Source: Escherichia phage UP19. From it: DNA of 64,000 bases. Position 1 is the first letter of the stretch, and every line of letters starts with the position of its first letter. Below, piece after piece: positions 31,346-42,012 of the stretch. Location of the stretch: the sequence record OX638288; one strand, given 5' to 3'. Below the pieces are notes generated by a model. It saw nothing but the letters and a program-made list of their open reading frames with translations. It was not told where the DNA came from and ran no database searches. Position numbers and translations under genes: made by a program.

Positions 31346-32527
31346 ATGTCTACAGTTTTTAATACTACCCCAGTTGATGTTTTAGCCGAACCGATGTTCT
31401 TTGGTTCAGGTTTGGGTATTGCTCGTTACGATATCCAACGCCATAAAGTATTCGAAGAGCTTTGTGAAAAGCAGTTGAGTTTCTTCTGGCGTCCAGAGGA
31501 AGTTAACTTGATGATGGATGCAGCCCAGTTTAATAAGCTTCCACAATTCCAGCAAAATATTTTTACCAATAACCTGAAGTATCAATCACTTCTGGATAGT
31601 ATCCAGGGACGTGCTCCTTCTGCTGCACTCCAAGCCTTGATTTCAGACCCTAGCCTTGATACATGGGTTGCCACATGGACCTTTAGTGAGACCATTCACT
31701 CTCGTTCTTATACCCATATCATGCGTAACCTCTATACAGACCCATCTAAGGTATTTGATGAAATTCTGTTAGATGATGCAATTATGAAACGCGCTGAATC
31801 TATTGGTCGTTATTACGATGACGTTATTGAGAAAACCCGTATTTGGCAAACTTCTGTAGCAGAAATGGAAAAATTGGAAGAGGAAGCTAAAGTAGAATCT
31901 TTTGCTCTTGTTGGGCTGGATATGCGTATTGCTAAAGAGAAACGCGAACTAATGCGTTCTCTTTACCTCTGCCTCCATGTAATCAACGCATTGGAAGCTA
32001 TTCGTTTTTATGTATCTTTTGCATGTACCTTTAACTTCCACAAGAATATGGAAATCATGGAAGGCAATGCTAAGATTATGAAGTTCATTGCACGTGATGA
32101 ACAGCTTCACCTCAAGGGCACTCAGTACATTATTCGTCAACTTCAACTTGGCACTGATGGCGATGAATGGGTTAAAATTGCTCAAGAGTGTGAACAAGAA
32201 GCAGTTGATATTTTCATGGAAGTTAACCGTCAAGAAAAAGAATGGGCTGCCCACCTATTCAAAGATGGTACTTGCCCTGGATTAAATACTCAGAACATGG
32301 GTGCTTTTGTCGATTACCTGACAGTTTCTCGTATGAAGCAATGTGGCTTACCATGTCCTATTACTGATGCCCCTACTCGCCATCCATATCCTTGGATTCG
32401 CGAATACCTGAACTCTGATGCCGTACAGGCTGCTCCTCAGGAAGTGGAAATCAGTTCTTACCTTGTAGCACAAATTGATAATGATGTCGATGAAAAAGTA
32501 ATGGCATCATACAAGAAATATTTTTAA
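31346..32527 (+). CDS. nrdB: ribonucleotide reductase beta subunit, uninterrupted
   Basis: ferritin-like di-iron motifs; start set at MSTVFN (ORF track 31316); no intron. Confidence 0.9.
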   Translation: MSTVFNTTPVDVLAEPMFFGSGLGIARYDIQRHKVFEELCEKQLSFFWRPEEVNLMMDAAQFNKLPQFQQNIFTNNLKYQSLLDSIQGRAPSAALQALISDPSLDTWVATWTFSETIHSRSYTHIMRNLYTDPSKVFDEILLDDAIMKRAESIGRYYDDVIEKTRIWQTSVAEMEKLEEEAKVESFALVGLDMRIAKEKRELMRSLYLCLHVINALEAIRFYVSFACTFNFHKNMEIMEGNAKIMKFIARDEQLHLKGTQYIIRQLQLGTDGDEWVKIAQECEQEAVDIFMEVNRQEKEWAAHLFKDGTCPGLNTQNMGAFVDYLTVSRMKQCGLPCPITDAPTRHPYPWIREYLNSDAVQAAPQEVEISSYLVAQIDNDVDEKVMASYKKYF

Positions 32528-32554
32528 GGAACGGGGCTTCGGCCCCTTATTGCT

Positions 32555-32968
32555 ATGAAAGAAATCGCAGATGAATTTAGCTTTATCAAGTACGTTACAC
32601 TGGAGCTCCAAACAGATGCTACTATAGCCCCTATCACAGTTCCAAATAAACAAAATGTCATATATGCTATAGCGGTTGATGATATACTAGTCTACATCGG
32701 GAAGACTAAAAATCTTCGTAAGCGCATCAACTACTACCGAACAGCTATTAATCGTAAGGACCAAACGTCGGATTCGACCAAGTCCATTCTGATTCATGAA
32801 GCATTAATGGCAGGTAAAAAGGTAGAGTTCTATGCTAGACAGTGCTTTAATCTGTCGATGACCAACGAACTTGGAACTATGTCAGTTGAGACCATGTCTC
32901 TTGAAGAGCCAATGTTCATAAAGAAATTTAATCCACCTTGGAATACCCAACATAGGATAAAGCAATGA
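32555..32968 (+). CDS. denA: endonuclease II (GIY-YIG family)
   Basis: 137 aa (T4 EndoII 136 aa); GIY-YIG-like ..VIYAIAVDDILVYIGKTKNLRKRINYY..; position after nrdB. Confidence 0.75.
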   Translation: MKEIADEFSFIKYVTLELQTDATIAPITVPNKQNVIYAIAVDDILVYIGKTKNLRKRINYYRTAINRKDQTSDSTKSILIHEALMAGKKVEFYARQCFNLSMTNELGTMSVETMSLEEPMFIKKFNPPWNTQHRIKQ

Positions 32969-34113
32969 TTGAATTATATGATAACTTAATGGGCCTGGTT
33001 AAAAACTCGACTAAATCTAAGTTCTTCTTTAAAGACTTTCAGAGTGCGCTAGGAGTCAACTATCGCATCTTTAGTTATAACTATGCATCGTACAGTGATT
33101 GGTTGGAAGACGGCGCACTAGAGTGCCGAGGCATTATGTTTGAAATGGACGAGAACGGTCCGGTACGTATTGCTGCTCGTCCTATGCAAAAGTTCTTTAA
33201 CCTCGACGAAAACCCGTTGACCATTGGTTTGGATTTATCACAAGGAAATATCGACCTCGTAATGGCTAAGGAAGATGGTTCCTTGATTTCTACCTTCATG
33301 GACCGACAATATCTTTCTGTTAAATCTAAAGGCTCTATCCATTCATCAATGGTGCATGATTCTTTACGTTTCCTTCGACTCCCTGAAAACGAGGCCTTCG
33401 CTGCTCGTTTAGAAGAAATTACTAAAGCAGGCTATACATGTAACCTCGAGTATGTTTCGCCTACTAACCGTATTGTGCTGGCTTACCAAGAAACAAACCT
33501 TATCTTACTTAACGTTCGTAATAACGAAACGGGTGAATATATCCCTTACGCTGAACTGTTTAAAGATGGCGCTCTGCGTAAGCATTTGGTTAAAAGCTAT
33601 GAACTCTCTGAAGGTGATTTTGTTGACAATATCCGTAAACAAGAGGGTATTGAAGGCTTTATCTTTGTACTTAAAGATGGCACGTTCTTTAAACTCAAAA
33701 CCGCTTGGTATAGCGCACTGCATCATACCAAAGATTCCATTAATAATAACGAACGTTTATTTGAAGTTGTAGTGGCTGGTGGAACTGATGACCTCCGAGG
33801 TTTGTTCAGTACGGATTCGTTTGCTATTGAGAAAATCAATACATTTGAACGTATCCATTTAGACTACTTAGAACAGTCCTTGGCTTTGTTAGAAGCAGCA
33901 TATTCTCAGCTCAAGGGCCGCGACCGTAAGGACTACGCTGTTACCGGTCAGTTAATCCTCAAAGACTTCCCAGGGCTGTTCTCTATTCTTATGCAGGCGT
34001 ACGTAGGCGGTATTAATTATGATACGGTCGTAGACCAGATTAACTCTGTGTTCTTGAAAAATCATAAGGCCCAAATCCCTGAAAAATATTTGAAAGAAAT
34101 TGTTATAGAGTAG
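32965..34113 (+). CDS. rnlA: RNA ligase 1 / tail fibre attachment catalyst (gp63)
   Basis: 382 aa; ...YRIFSYNYASYSDWL...ECRGIMFEM...PVRIA.RPM.KFFNL.ENP... matches recalled T4 Rnl1. Confidence 0.9.
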   Translation: MIELYDNLMGLVKNSTKSKFFFKDFQSALGVNYRIFSYNYASYSDWLEDGALECRGIMFEMDENGPVRIAARPMQKFFNLDENPLTIGLDLSQGNIDLVMAKEDGSLISTFMDRQYLSVKSKGSIHSSMVHDSLRFLRLPENEAFAARLEEITKAGYTCNLEYVSPTNRIVLAYQETNLILLNVRNNETGEYIPYAELFKDGALRKHLVKSYELSEGDFVDNIRKQEGIEGFIFVLKDGTFFKLKTAWYSALHHTKDSINNNERLFEVVVAGGTDDLRGLFSTDSFAIEKINTFERIHLDYLEQSLALLEAAYSQLKGRDRKDYAVTGQLILKDFPGLFSILMQAYVGGINYDTVVDQINSVFLKNHKAQIPEKYLKEIVIE

Positions 34114-34141
34114 TTTACATCTCCTCATGATGTGTTAGTAT
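34113..34141 (+). promoter_or_regulatory. early promoter in stem-loop cassette (PeSL-like)
   Basis: GTTTACATCTCCTCATGATG...TAGTATAGACC...AATGAGGAG. Confidence 0.5.
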
Positions 34142-34171
34142 AGACCTACCAACTAATGAGGAGAAAACAAA

Positions 34172-34672
34172 ATGAATATGCAAATGATTACTAACGAAAT
34201 GGTTGTTAAAGCTTTTGGTGATTCTACTGACGGTATCCAAGTTTTTAAAGGTTCTCGTGCGGTAGGTTACCTAACCGATCTTCGTGTTACTTTAGCCAAA
34301 AATGCTAAAAAGAAAATCAAGCAAAAAGAATATTCTACCCGTTATGCAGAAGAAAAGCGTGAAGCCATGCCTGAAGCTGTTAACTCTATGGTTGAGTTTC
34401 TCCAAAACAACCTTTCTAAGTATGATGCTGAGGTATTCATTAATATCAGTCAGCCTAATGTTAAAATCGCAGGAATCACATTCTATTTGATTTGCGACCC
34501 ATTAAGTGACAAGTTTAATCGCCTTGGCATTTCCAGCCCTTACCATACTGCTGAAGAATTGTGTGTGATGTTTGAAACATACAAAATTCAGTGTGAAAAT
34601 CCTAAAACGGTTCTTATCAACTCCCTGTCACGTGATGACATCATCGAGATTATTACCAAATGTCTAAATTAA
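34172..34672 (+). CDS. hypothetical protein (possible Alc by size and position only)
   Basis: 166 aa (T4 Alc 167 aa); no sequence-level confirmation. Confidence 0.4.
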   Translation: MNMQMITNEMVVKAFGDSTDGIQVFKGSRAVGYLTDLRVTLAKNAKKKIKQKEYSTRYAEEKREAMPEAVNSMVEFLQNNLSKYDAEVFINISQPNVKIAGITFYLICDPLSDKFNRLGISSPYHTAEELCVMFETYKIQCENPKTVLINSLSRDDIIEIITKCLN

Positions 34673-35013
34673 GTATTTACCTTTTAGCTGGAGCCATTGT
34701 AGTAGGTGCTTACAGTCTTATTTCGTATCAATCAAGCCGTATTGATACCCTTACTGAAGAACTGAAAACAACCCAGCAAACAGCTAAACAGAACGCTGAA
34801 GCTGTTGATGACCTTCGTGGTCAATACTCTGATATTGAATTCCGTACTACTGAAATGAATGCCCGAATGGATAAAATTAAGGCAGAAAATGAAAAGCTCC
34901 GTAAAGATTCGAAGAAGGCGCACGTGGTGGCAAGTAAGCCAGGATTGGTCGAAAAACAAATCAACAAGTCCTTCGATTCCTTTACAGAAGACTTCAGGAG
35001 CATCACAGAATGA
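34660..35013 (+). CDS. i-spanin (Rz-like; T4 pseT.3 equivalent)
   Basis: N-terminal TM helix, coiled-coil-rich periplasmic region; immediately followed by lipoprotein gene. Confidence 0.7.
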   Translation: MSKLSIYLLAGAIVVGAYSLISYQSSRIDTLTEELKTTQQTAKQNAEAVDDLRGQYSDIEFRTTEMNARMDKIKAENEKLRKDSKKAHVVASKPGLVEKQINKSFDSFTEDFRSITE

Positions 35014-35300
35014 TTAAATTGGCTGCTGTAATGTTATCTATTGGCTTGTTAGTTGGATGTGCCCAGGACATCCCTGTAGCGCCTAAGCAACAACTCCACC
35101 CTTCATGGCCACAACCTATTGCCGAACATAATGTTAAATGGCAGGTTAAGGTAATCGACGGTAAGGCTTGGGTTGGTATGCCATTTGAAGACTCGCAAGA
35201 ACACAGAATTTGGTTGAACGACGTAAAAAGATATGTACAAGACCAGAAATCTATGTTATGTTATTATCGTTCCGGACTAAAAGAGGAGAAGTGCAAATGA
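35010..35300 (+). CDS. o-spanin (Rz1-like outer-membrane lipoprotein; T4 pseT.2 equivalent)
   Basis: signal peptide with lipobox LLVGC; ATGA-coupled to i-spanin. Confidence 0.7.
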   Translation: MIKLAAVMLSIGLLVGCAQDIPVAPKQQLHPSWPQPIAEHNVKWQVKVIDGKAWVGMPFEDSQEHRIWLNDVKRYVQDQKSMLCYYRSGLKEEKCK

Positions 35301-35404
35301 TTGAAGCCTGTATCGATGGGTGGGACGTTTTTAAATTCGGTGCTGCATGTTTTTGCTTTGGTATCGTGTTCAGCCTGTGTATGAATGGTATTTTTGGGAA
35401 GTAG
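35297..35404 (+). CDS. small hydrophobic peptide (35 aa)
   Basis: MIEACIDGWDVFKFGAACFCFGIVFSLCMNGIFGK; strong AAGAGGAGAA ribosome-binding site; in frame with ORF track 35210..35404. Confidence 0.5.
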   Translation: MIEACIDGWDVFKFGAACFCFGIVFSLCMNGIFGK

Positions 35405-35433
35405 TTTACAAACTCTTGGGAGCAGAGTATAAT
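35404..35433 (+). promoter_or_regulatory. early promoter (GTTTAC / TATAAT) in hairpin
   Basis: GTTTACAAACTCTTGGGAGCAGAGTATAATGCTCC. Confidence 0.5.
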
Positions 35434-35467
35434 GCTCCTACGGATTATAAAAATTGAGGAAATTATT

Positions 35468-35946
35468 ATGACATTACGTGATAACAGTTTTGTGGCTAAG
35501 CCTGAATACATTTCAAGTATTAAATCTCCTGTATTACAAAAGCTCCTTAAACTAGGGTCCTGTGCAAGCACTCCTATTGAAAAGAAGGCAACTTTCGATT
35601 TTGCTTGGGCTATTGTGGACGGTATTGATGTAGTAAGACAGGTAACTTTTTATGCTCCAGGGTCTATTGAGCCTTCACAGATTATTAATTTGAACGGAAG
35701 TAATTATATTACCATCCAACAGTGGTATCGTATGATGCGACCTGTTTGGGAATACCCTGAATTCATTGAAGAGTACAATGAAAAAGAACGTATTCGTGAG
35801 CTAGTAAAAAGTTTTGAATACGCAGCTAAACGCCACGGCCAGATGCAGCAAGCTGTGGCTTTAGGTGATGTTGATGAAAAATCAGCATATGAAAGTGGTA
35901 AACTTCTGAAAACCTGTCGCGAAGAACTTTATAAGGAGCTTGGTGT

Positions 35947-35950
<4 letters not shown>
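35468..35950 (+). CDS. hypothetical protein
   Basis: start at ATG after TTGAGGAAA ribosome-binding site (ORF track 35432 begins inside the promoter). Confidence 0.5.
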
Positions 35951-37168
<1,218 letters not shown>

Positions 37169-37169
<1 letters not shown>

Positions 37170-37366
37170 TGAATAATATCGAAAAGATTTTTCGTACAAT
37201 CGAAGAAATTGAAAAACGTAAATGCTTTTTCTTCGGCGTATGGCCTTTAACTGATGGACGTATTGGCCTGGATGTTATGGACTATAAAGATGAGGACAAG
37301 GTCGATGGTGGTATTTTTAAATCCGCTCCTGAACTCCTTGCCTTCTTGGAAGAACATTATGTATAA
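37169..37366 (+). CDS. hypothetical protein
   Basis: 65 aa ORF. Confidence 0.45.
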
Positions 37367-37574
37367 CAAACACCATGAAGTTGAAGAAGAAGCTTATAAA
37401 GAGCTTCAGAAACTGGTAGGTCAGAATATGTCTCCTACCCTCATTAACTCACTAGCGGCTCTCCGTAACGATTTGAATGAACGTTATAAAGGCGAGTACT
37501 ATGTTGAGTTCGTTCCTCTGACTGAAGTCGTTGACCGGTTTATTGTTAACGTGAAGGTCCATACAGTACACTGA
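37359..37574 (+). CDS. hypothetical protein
   Basis: in frame with ORF 37254..37574; start at ATG overlapping upstream stop. Confidence 0.45.
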   Translation: MYNKHHEVEEEAYKELQKLVGQNMSPTLINSLAALRNDLNERYKGEYYVEFVPLTEVVDRFIVNVKVHTVH

Positions 37575-37581
37575 GGTAATT

Positions 37582-37860
37582 ATGTTCCCTACTTATTCCG
37601 AAATTGTTAAAGTAGTTTTTAGTCAGATTGTATCTGATTACCTATACGAACCCGTCGACACCTCGATTGAACTAAAAGTTCACGGACGTTTGTCTGCTAT
37701 TCTGGAAATCATGTTCCCGGATGCAGTTGATGCGATCACTGTCCAACTCACGTCTGGCGCAGCATTTGCAATTGTTCCATTTAAAATTGATAACCACATT
37801 TTGGCTATTTCATGCAAAATGGACTTCCAGAAACAAACGGTAGTTGTCGAAGCAATTTAA
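37582..37860 (+). CDS. hypothetical protein
   Basis: 92 aa ORF. Confidence 0.5.
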   Translation: MFPTYSEIVKVVFSQIVSDYLYEPVDTSIELKVHGRLSAILEIMFPDAVDAITVQLTSGAAFAIVPFKIDNHILAISCKMDFQKQTVVVEAI

Positions 37861-37862
37861 GT

Positions 37863-37892
37863 GTTTACATCATGGTAGGACTGTGGTATAGT
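37863..37892 (+). promoter_or_regulatory. early promoter in stem-loop cassette (PeSL-like)
   Basis: GTTTACATCATGGTAGGACTGTGGTATAGTAGTCCTACC. Confidence 0.5.
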
Positions 37893-37922
37893 AGTCCTAC
37901 CGAAACAAATGAGGAAATCGAA

Positions 37923-38474
37923 ATGGGTAAGTTCTTTGAAGAGCGTAAGTTTTATAAGTTCATTAGCGAATACACTAAAAACAAATTCACTAATAACGGT
38001 GCTTATGCCCTCAATACAGCTTTTGCCAAGTATGTAGGTATGAATCCGTTTGAAGTTGAAATTGATTACCATAATGGGTGTGAACGTGTAAGCCGAATTC
38101 GTGTATATGACGAGATGATGTTTGTCGACCCTAGCAAAATCACCGGTAATCCTGATGATGCAAATACTGTTCTTTTTAATTCAACAGGCCTTTTTGGCCA
38201 TGAATTCGAATACTTCATTGAAGTAGTACGTCCACTGGCCTCGGTGAGTATTCCTGAAAATGGACCTAAACCAGTAAAAGCCACTGCTGATTGGAAAGTG
38301 CTTATTGTTAAAAATGGTAAGATTGAAGTCCATTCTCGCCATAACACAAAGGAACAAGCCGACCGTCAAGCCGAAGAGCTTTTGACCAGTTCGTTCCAAC
38401 AAGTGTGTTATATTGTTAAGGGCGACGTTACCCAAGCTACCACTACCAAACAACTTAAGTTGGAGACCATCTAA
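37923..38474 (+). CDS. hypothetical protein
   Basis: ATG after AATGAGGAAA ribosome-binding site; in frame with ORF 37812..38474. Confidence 0.5.
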   Translation: MGKFFEERKFYKFISEYTKNKFTNNGAYALNTAFAKYVGMNPFEVEIDYHNGCERVSRIRVYDEMMFVDPSKITGNPDDANTVLFNSTGLFGHEFEYFIEVVRPLASVSIPENGPKPVKATADWKVLIVKNGKIEVHSRHNTKEQADRQAEELLTSSFQQVCYIVKGDVTQATTTKQLKLETI

Positions 38475-38707
38475 TGCTGAGCGAACAACCTATTACTGTA
38501 GAGCAGTTCCAAGTTAAAGTTAAAGAATTTGCTCAGGCTCTGATTAATAAGGTTTCTGTACGTTTTCCTGATGCAACTCTGCGAGTAATTCAGGAATCAC
38601 CGCGTGCAGTATTGGTTATCGTTAATCCTAAAGATGGCGACCAGATTACCCAGTTGAAACTCGGTTCTGATGGTCTGGTCGAAGCACAGCGAGTGTATGT
38701 AGAATGA
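38474..38707 (+). CDS. hypothetical protein
   Basis: 77 aa ORF. Confidence 0.45.
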   Translation: MLSEQPITVEQFQVKVKEFAQALINKVSVRFPDATLRVIQESPRAVLVIVNPKDGDQITQLKLGSDGLVEAQRVYVE

Positions 38708-39249
38708 AAGCAAGCACATATCTTCAGATTGCATATCTTATTTCTCAGGAATCAAAATGTTGTTCATGGAAAGTGGGCGCGGTTATTGAAAAGAATGGCC
38801 GCATTATTTCTACAGGGTATAATGGTTCGCCGTCTGGTGGTGTTAACTGTTGTGACCATGCAGTGGAACAGGACTGGACTCGTGTTGTGTATGACACGGC
38901 CCGAATGTCCCATAAATCGATTCTTCTTAAAGAACATCGTATGGCTCATGCTGCATGGTCATCCAAAAATGAAATCCATGCTGAACTGAATGCTATCCTG
39001 TTTGCAGCTCGTACAGGAAGTTCTATTGACGGTGCTACGATGTATGTGACACTGTCCCCATGTGCAGATTGTGCTAAGTCTATTGCGCAGTCCGGAATTA
39101 AAACGCTGGTTTATGCTGAACTCTATGACCGAAATCCTGAAGGATGGGATGATATCCTCCGTGAATCGGGCATCGAAGTTATCCAGTATAACCGTACCGG
39201 TCTCCGTTCTCTGAACTGGGAATCAATTCAAAACTATTGTGGTGAATAA
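38704..39249 (+). CDS. cd: dCMP deaminase
   Basis: cytidine/dCMP deaminase zinc motifs HAELNA and PCxxC. Confidence 0.9.
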   Translation: MKASTYLQIAYLISQESKCCSWKVGAVIEKNGRIISTGYNGSPSGGVNCCDHAVEQDWTRVVYDTARMSHKSILLKEHRMAHAAWSSKNEIHAELNAILFAARTGSSIDGATMYVTLSPCADCAKSIAQSGIKTLVYAELYDRNPEGWDDILRESGIEVIQYNRTGLRSLNWESIQNYCGE

Positions 39250-39482
39250 TGAAATTTCGTCTAGTTAAGTTTTCAGGTCTGAATTCAAAAGGTGAAAGCT
39301 TAGTAGCCTATTCAGTAGAATACAAAAAGTACTTTTTCTCTCGATGGAAATCGTACTATAAATCTGAGTGGGTTTATGCCAACATGAAATACAAAACGGT
39401 GCCTATTCTTGATAATTGCCATAGCCTATTAAGAGCTCTAAAAGAGCGTAATGCAACCACTATTAAAACTATTCTGGAATAA
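39249..39482 (+). CDS. hypothetical protein
   Basis: 77 aa ORF. Confidence 0.45.
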   Translation: MKFRLVKFSGLNSKGESLVAYSVEYKKYFFSRWKSYYKSEWVYANMKYKTVPILDNCHSLLRALKERNATTIKTILE

Positions 39483-39484
39483 TT

Positions 39485-39784
39485 ATGATTTTAACTGAAC
39501 AAGAAACTATTCGACTCCGTGAAAAAGCCAAGACTATTCTGTCTGTAGGTACTCACGAAGTTCTGTTTGAAAAGGCGGATGGTAGTGTTCGTCGTATGAC
39601 TTGTACTCGCGACCTGGACCTCCTCCCGTATAAAGAAATTCAAGCCCCGGGCCCAGAAGCTAATAAAGAACCGGTTAATTATATTCGTGTATTTGATACC
39701 AAGGTTAATGACTGGCGCTCGTTCCGTTTCGATAAACTGATTTCTATTAATGGGCTTCAGACTGAAACTCTGCTTGTCCTGTAA
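39485..39784 (+). CDS. hypothetical protein
   Basis: 99 aa ORF. Confidence 0.45.
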   Translation: MILTEQETIRLREKAKTILSVGTHEVLFEKADGSVRRMTCTRDLDLLPYKEIQAPGPEANKEPVNYIRVFDTKVNDWRSFRFDKLISINGLQTETLLVL

Positions 39785-39842
39785 TATGCTTTAAGAATAG
39801 CGTGTTATTATTAACCTATCAACAAAACAACATGGATTAAAT

Positions 39843-40166
39843 ATGGAACTTCCTATTAAAGCGGTCGGAGAATATGTTATTCTCGTTTCCGAACCAAAAC
39901 AAGCTGGTGATGAAGAAACTACTGCATCTGGTATCGTTATTGGCAAACTTCATCAAGGTGAAATCCCTGAACTTTGTGAAATTTATTCTGTAGGACCTGA
40001 TGTCCCTGAAGGTTTTTGTGAAGTAGGTGATTTGACTCCACTTCCTGTTGGTAAGATTGCTAACGTGCCCCATCCGTTGGTTGCATTGGGTATTAAACAG
40101 CCTAAAGAAATTAAACAGAAATTCGTTACCTGTCACTATAAAGCTATTCCGTGTCTTTATAAGTGA
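39843..40166 (+). CDS. 31: gp31 co-chaperonin (GroES-like)
   Basis: 107 aa; ...[20 protein letters not shown]...PELC...[21 protein letters not shown]...[31 protein letters not shown] matches recalled T4 gp31. Confidence 0.9.
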   Translation: MELPIKAVGEYVILVSEPKQAGDEETTASGIVIGKLHQGEIPELCEIYSVGPDVPEGFCEVGDLTPLPVGKIANVPHPLVALGIKQPKEIKQKFVTCHYKAIPCLYK

Positions 40167-40312
40167 TATAAATAATAATATGGATTGGCTGCCGGACTAG
40201 TTAGTTAACCGGAGAATCCTAAGCGGTGGACTACAACTGAGAGACTTGCCGAAAGGAAGTGAAATTCAGAAGAACGTGTCCACCAATCTTTATCTCGAAT
40301 CGAGAATTTAAA

Positions 40313-40561
40313 ATGAACAAACATCTGAATCACGCTCTTGAACTGCAACGCAACGCTTGGAACAACGGTCACGAAAACTACGGCGCATCTATTGATGTTG
40401 AAGCCGAAGCACTGGAAATCCTGCGTTATTTCAAACATCTTAATCCGGCTCAGGCTACTCTGGCTGCTGAACTGGAAGCAAAAGATGAACTGAAATATGC
40501 TAAGCCTTTGGCTTCAGCAGCTCGTAAAGCAGTACGTCATTTTATTATTACCCTGAAGTAA
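40313..40561 (+). CDS. rIII: rIII lysis-inhibition accessory protein
   Basis: 82 aa from MNKH...; ALELQRNAW...LNPAQ.TLAAELEAKDELKYAKPLAS.AR.AVRHFII.LK matches recalled T4 rIII; ORF track starts at GTG 40259. Confidence 0.8.
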   Translation: MNKHLNHALELQRNAWNNGHENYGASIDVEAEALEILRYFKHLNPAQATLAAELEAKDELKYAKPLASAARKAVRHFIITLK

Positions 40562-40913
40562 AATCGAGGAGCCGTCGAACTGTCTGATTAATGATTTGCG
40601 AATCATTATAGTTTTAAGACCCCAGCAGTTTTACGGTGTACCTCTTGAATGTATTTTATAGCGGCAAGTGCATGCTACCCCGAGGTGATGGCCAATCGGG
40701 AGTACGCCTCAAGGCCTATATATCCATCAGTATATATCTTATCCTCGAGAAATCGAACCCGGAACCTTTAAGCTAACGGTGTGCAACAGATAAGAGCTAT
40801 GATGACGAGGTTTACGGTTATCCTGTCGTTAAATATCTAAAACCTATGTTCCCCTTGAGGGCTTGCGCAGGCAATGTCAATAAGTCCTGCATCCTAATTT
40901 AAGAGATTTAAAA

Positions 40914-41075
40914 ATGGCTAAGAAAGAAGTTAAAGTAGTTGACGGAACCTCTAAACGCGCTGGTTACAAGCGTGCGTCTAACAAGCGTATCAATCAGGTA
41001 GTTGATAAGCTTCAAGCTCGTGCTCGTGCAGTATTGCGTGCAGATGCTGCTTGCTTCGGTAAAGTTATTGCATAA
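40914..41075 (+). CDS. small basic protein (53 aa), hypothetical
   Basis: MAKKEVKVVDGTSKRAGYKRASNKRINQVVDKLQARARAVLRADAACFGKVIA; weak ribosome-binding site; followed by terminator. Confidence 0.3.
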   Translation: MAKKEVKVVDGTSKRAGYKRASNKRINQVVDKLQARARAVLRADAACFGKVIA

Positions 41076-41080
41076 GTTAT

Positions 41081-41106
41081 GGGACTCTTCGGAGTCCCAT
41101 TTTTGT
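41081..41106 (+). terminator. intrinsic terminator
   Basis: GGGACTC-TTCG-GAGTCCC followed by T-rich run. Confidence 0.7.
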
Positions 41107-41129
41107 TTCTAAATCTTTAAAAAAAAAGG

Positions 41130-41158
41130 GTATACATCTCCGGTAGGCATGATACTAT
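41130..41158 (+). promoter_or_regulatory. early promoter cassette with shared leader
   Basis: GTATACATCTCCGGTAGGCATGATACTATAGAC then leader CCAAATAATACGAAAACAAACTGGAGAATAAAATG. Confidence 0.45.
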
Positions 41159-41199
41159 AGACATGTACCAAATAATACGAAAACAAACTGGAGAATAAA

Positions 41200-41532
41200 A
41201 TGAAAACTGTAAACCTGAATGCATCTGTTAAAGCTAAATGTTTCAACGGTGAATATCAAGAAACCATGTGGGTCCTGACTGCAGTTGAAGGTGATATCAT
41301 CGAAGTTGAAACAACTGAAGGTATGGGTACTGATTTCACATTTACCATCGAGCTTCACAACTTCTTTACAGGTTGGATTTATGAACTGAAAACTGTAATT
41401 ACTGGTCGTATCGAAGAAAACAAAATTGGTGAATTCTATTACGTTAATGCCCGTACACGTGCTGAACGTCTGATTGCTCAGATGAAAAAAGTTGGTAAAC
41501 TTGATATGAAAAATTGGAATGTTGTGAAATAA
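41200..41532 (+). CDS. hypothetical protein
   Basis: 110 aa ORF. Confidence 0.5.
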   Translation: MKTVNLNASVKAKCFNGEYQETMWVLTAVEGDIIEVETTEGMGTDFTFTIELHNFFTGWIYELKTVITGRIEENKIGEFYYVNARTRAERLIAQMKKVGKLDMKNWNVVK

Positions 41533-41535
41533 ATG

Positions 41536-41565
41536 TTTTACTTTGGTACAGGTTGTGTTATTATA
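41536..41565 (+). promoter_or_regulatory. early promoter cassette with leader identical to the 41165..41202 leader
   Basis: GTTTTACTTTGGTACAGGTTGTGTTATTATAGACCTGTACC. Confidence 0.45.
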
Positions 41566-41605
41566 GACCTGTACCAAATAATACGAAAACAAACTGGAGA
41601 ATAAA

Positions 41606-41971
41606 ATGAACTACATCAACTTCGAACGTAAATATGTTTCTAACGGTAACGCTGGTTCTTCTGAAGTTATTTGTCTGTGGAAACACAACAACGGCACAGT
41701 GTGCGAAATCGAACAGTGCATGACTCCTAACTACGTTTATATGCGCTTTGAAAATGGTATCACGGTTTCAATCACTATGGAAGGTTCTACTTTTAAAATC
41801 GCTTTGGATGATGATTTCCGTCAACGTGATTTAGGCACCCATCCTTGCTGGAACGGTGATAATCGTAAGCTTCTGGTTAAAACCTGGATTCGTCACATCC
41901 TGAGCAACCGTGCTAAACCTGAACACCTGGAAGCAATCTTTGTTGTAGTTCTGAATGAATTTGATATCTAA
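41606..41971 (+). CDS. hypothetical protein
   Basis: 121 aa ORF. Confidence 0.5.
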   Translation: MNYINFERKYVSNGNAGSSEVICLWKHNNGTVCEIEQCMTPNYVYMRFENGITVSITMEGSTFKIALDDDFRQRDLGTHPCWNGDNRKLLVKTWIRHILSNRAKPEHLEAIFVVVLNEFDI

Positions 41972-42012
41972 TCTTAAAAATGGAGGCTTCGGCCTCCTTT
42001 GAGGAAAATATT

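Noticed and set aside
40741-40780. tRNA-like T-arm motif (GGGTTCGATT on minus strand)
   Set aside because: Flanking sequence cannot form a 5-bp T-stem or an acceptor stem; no cloverleaf could be built by eye. Treated as chance similarity.
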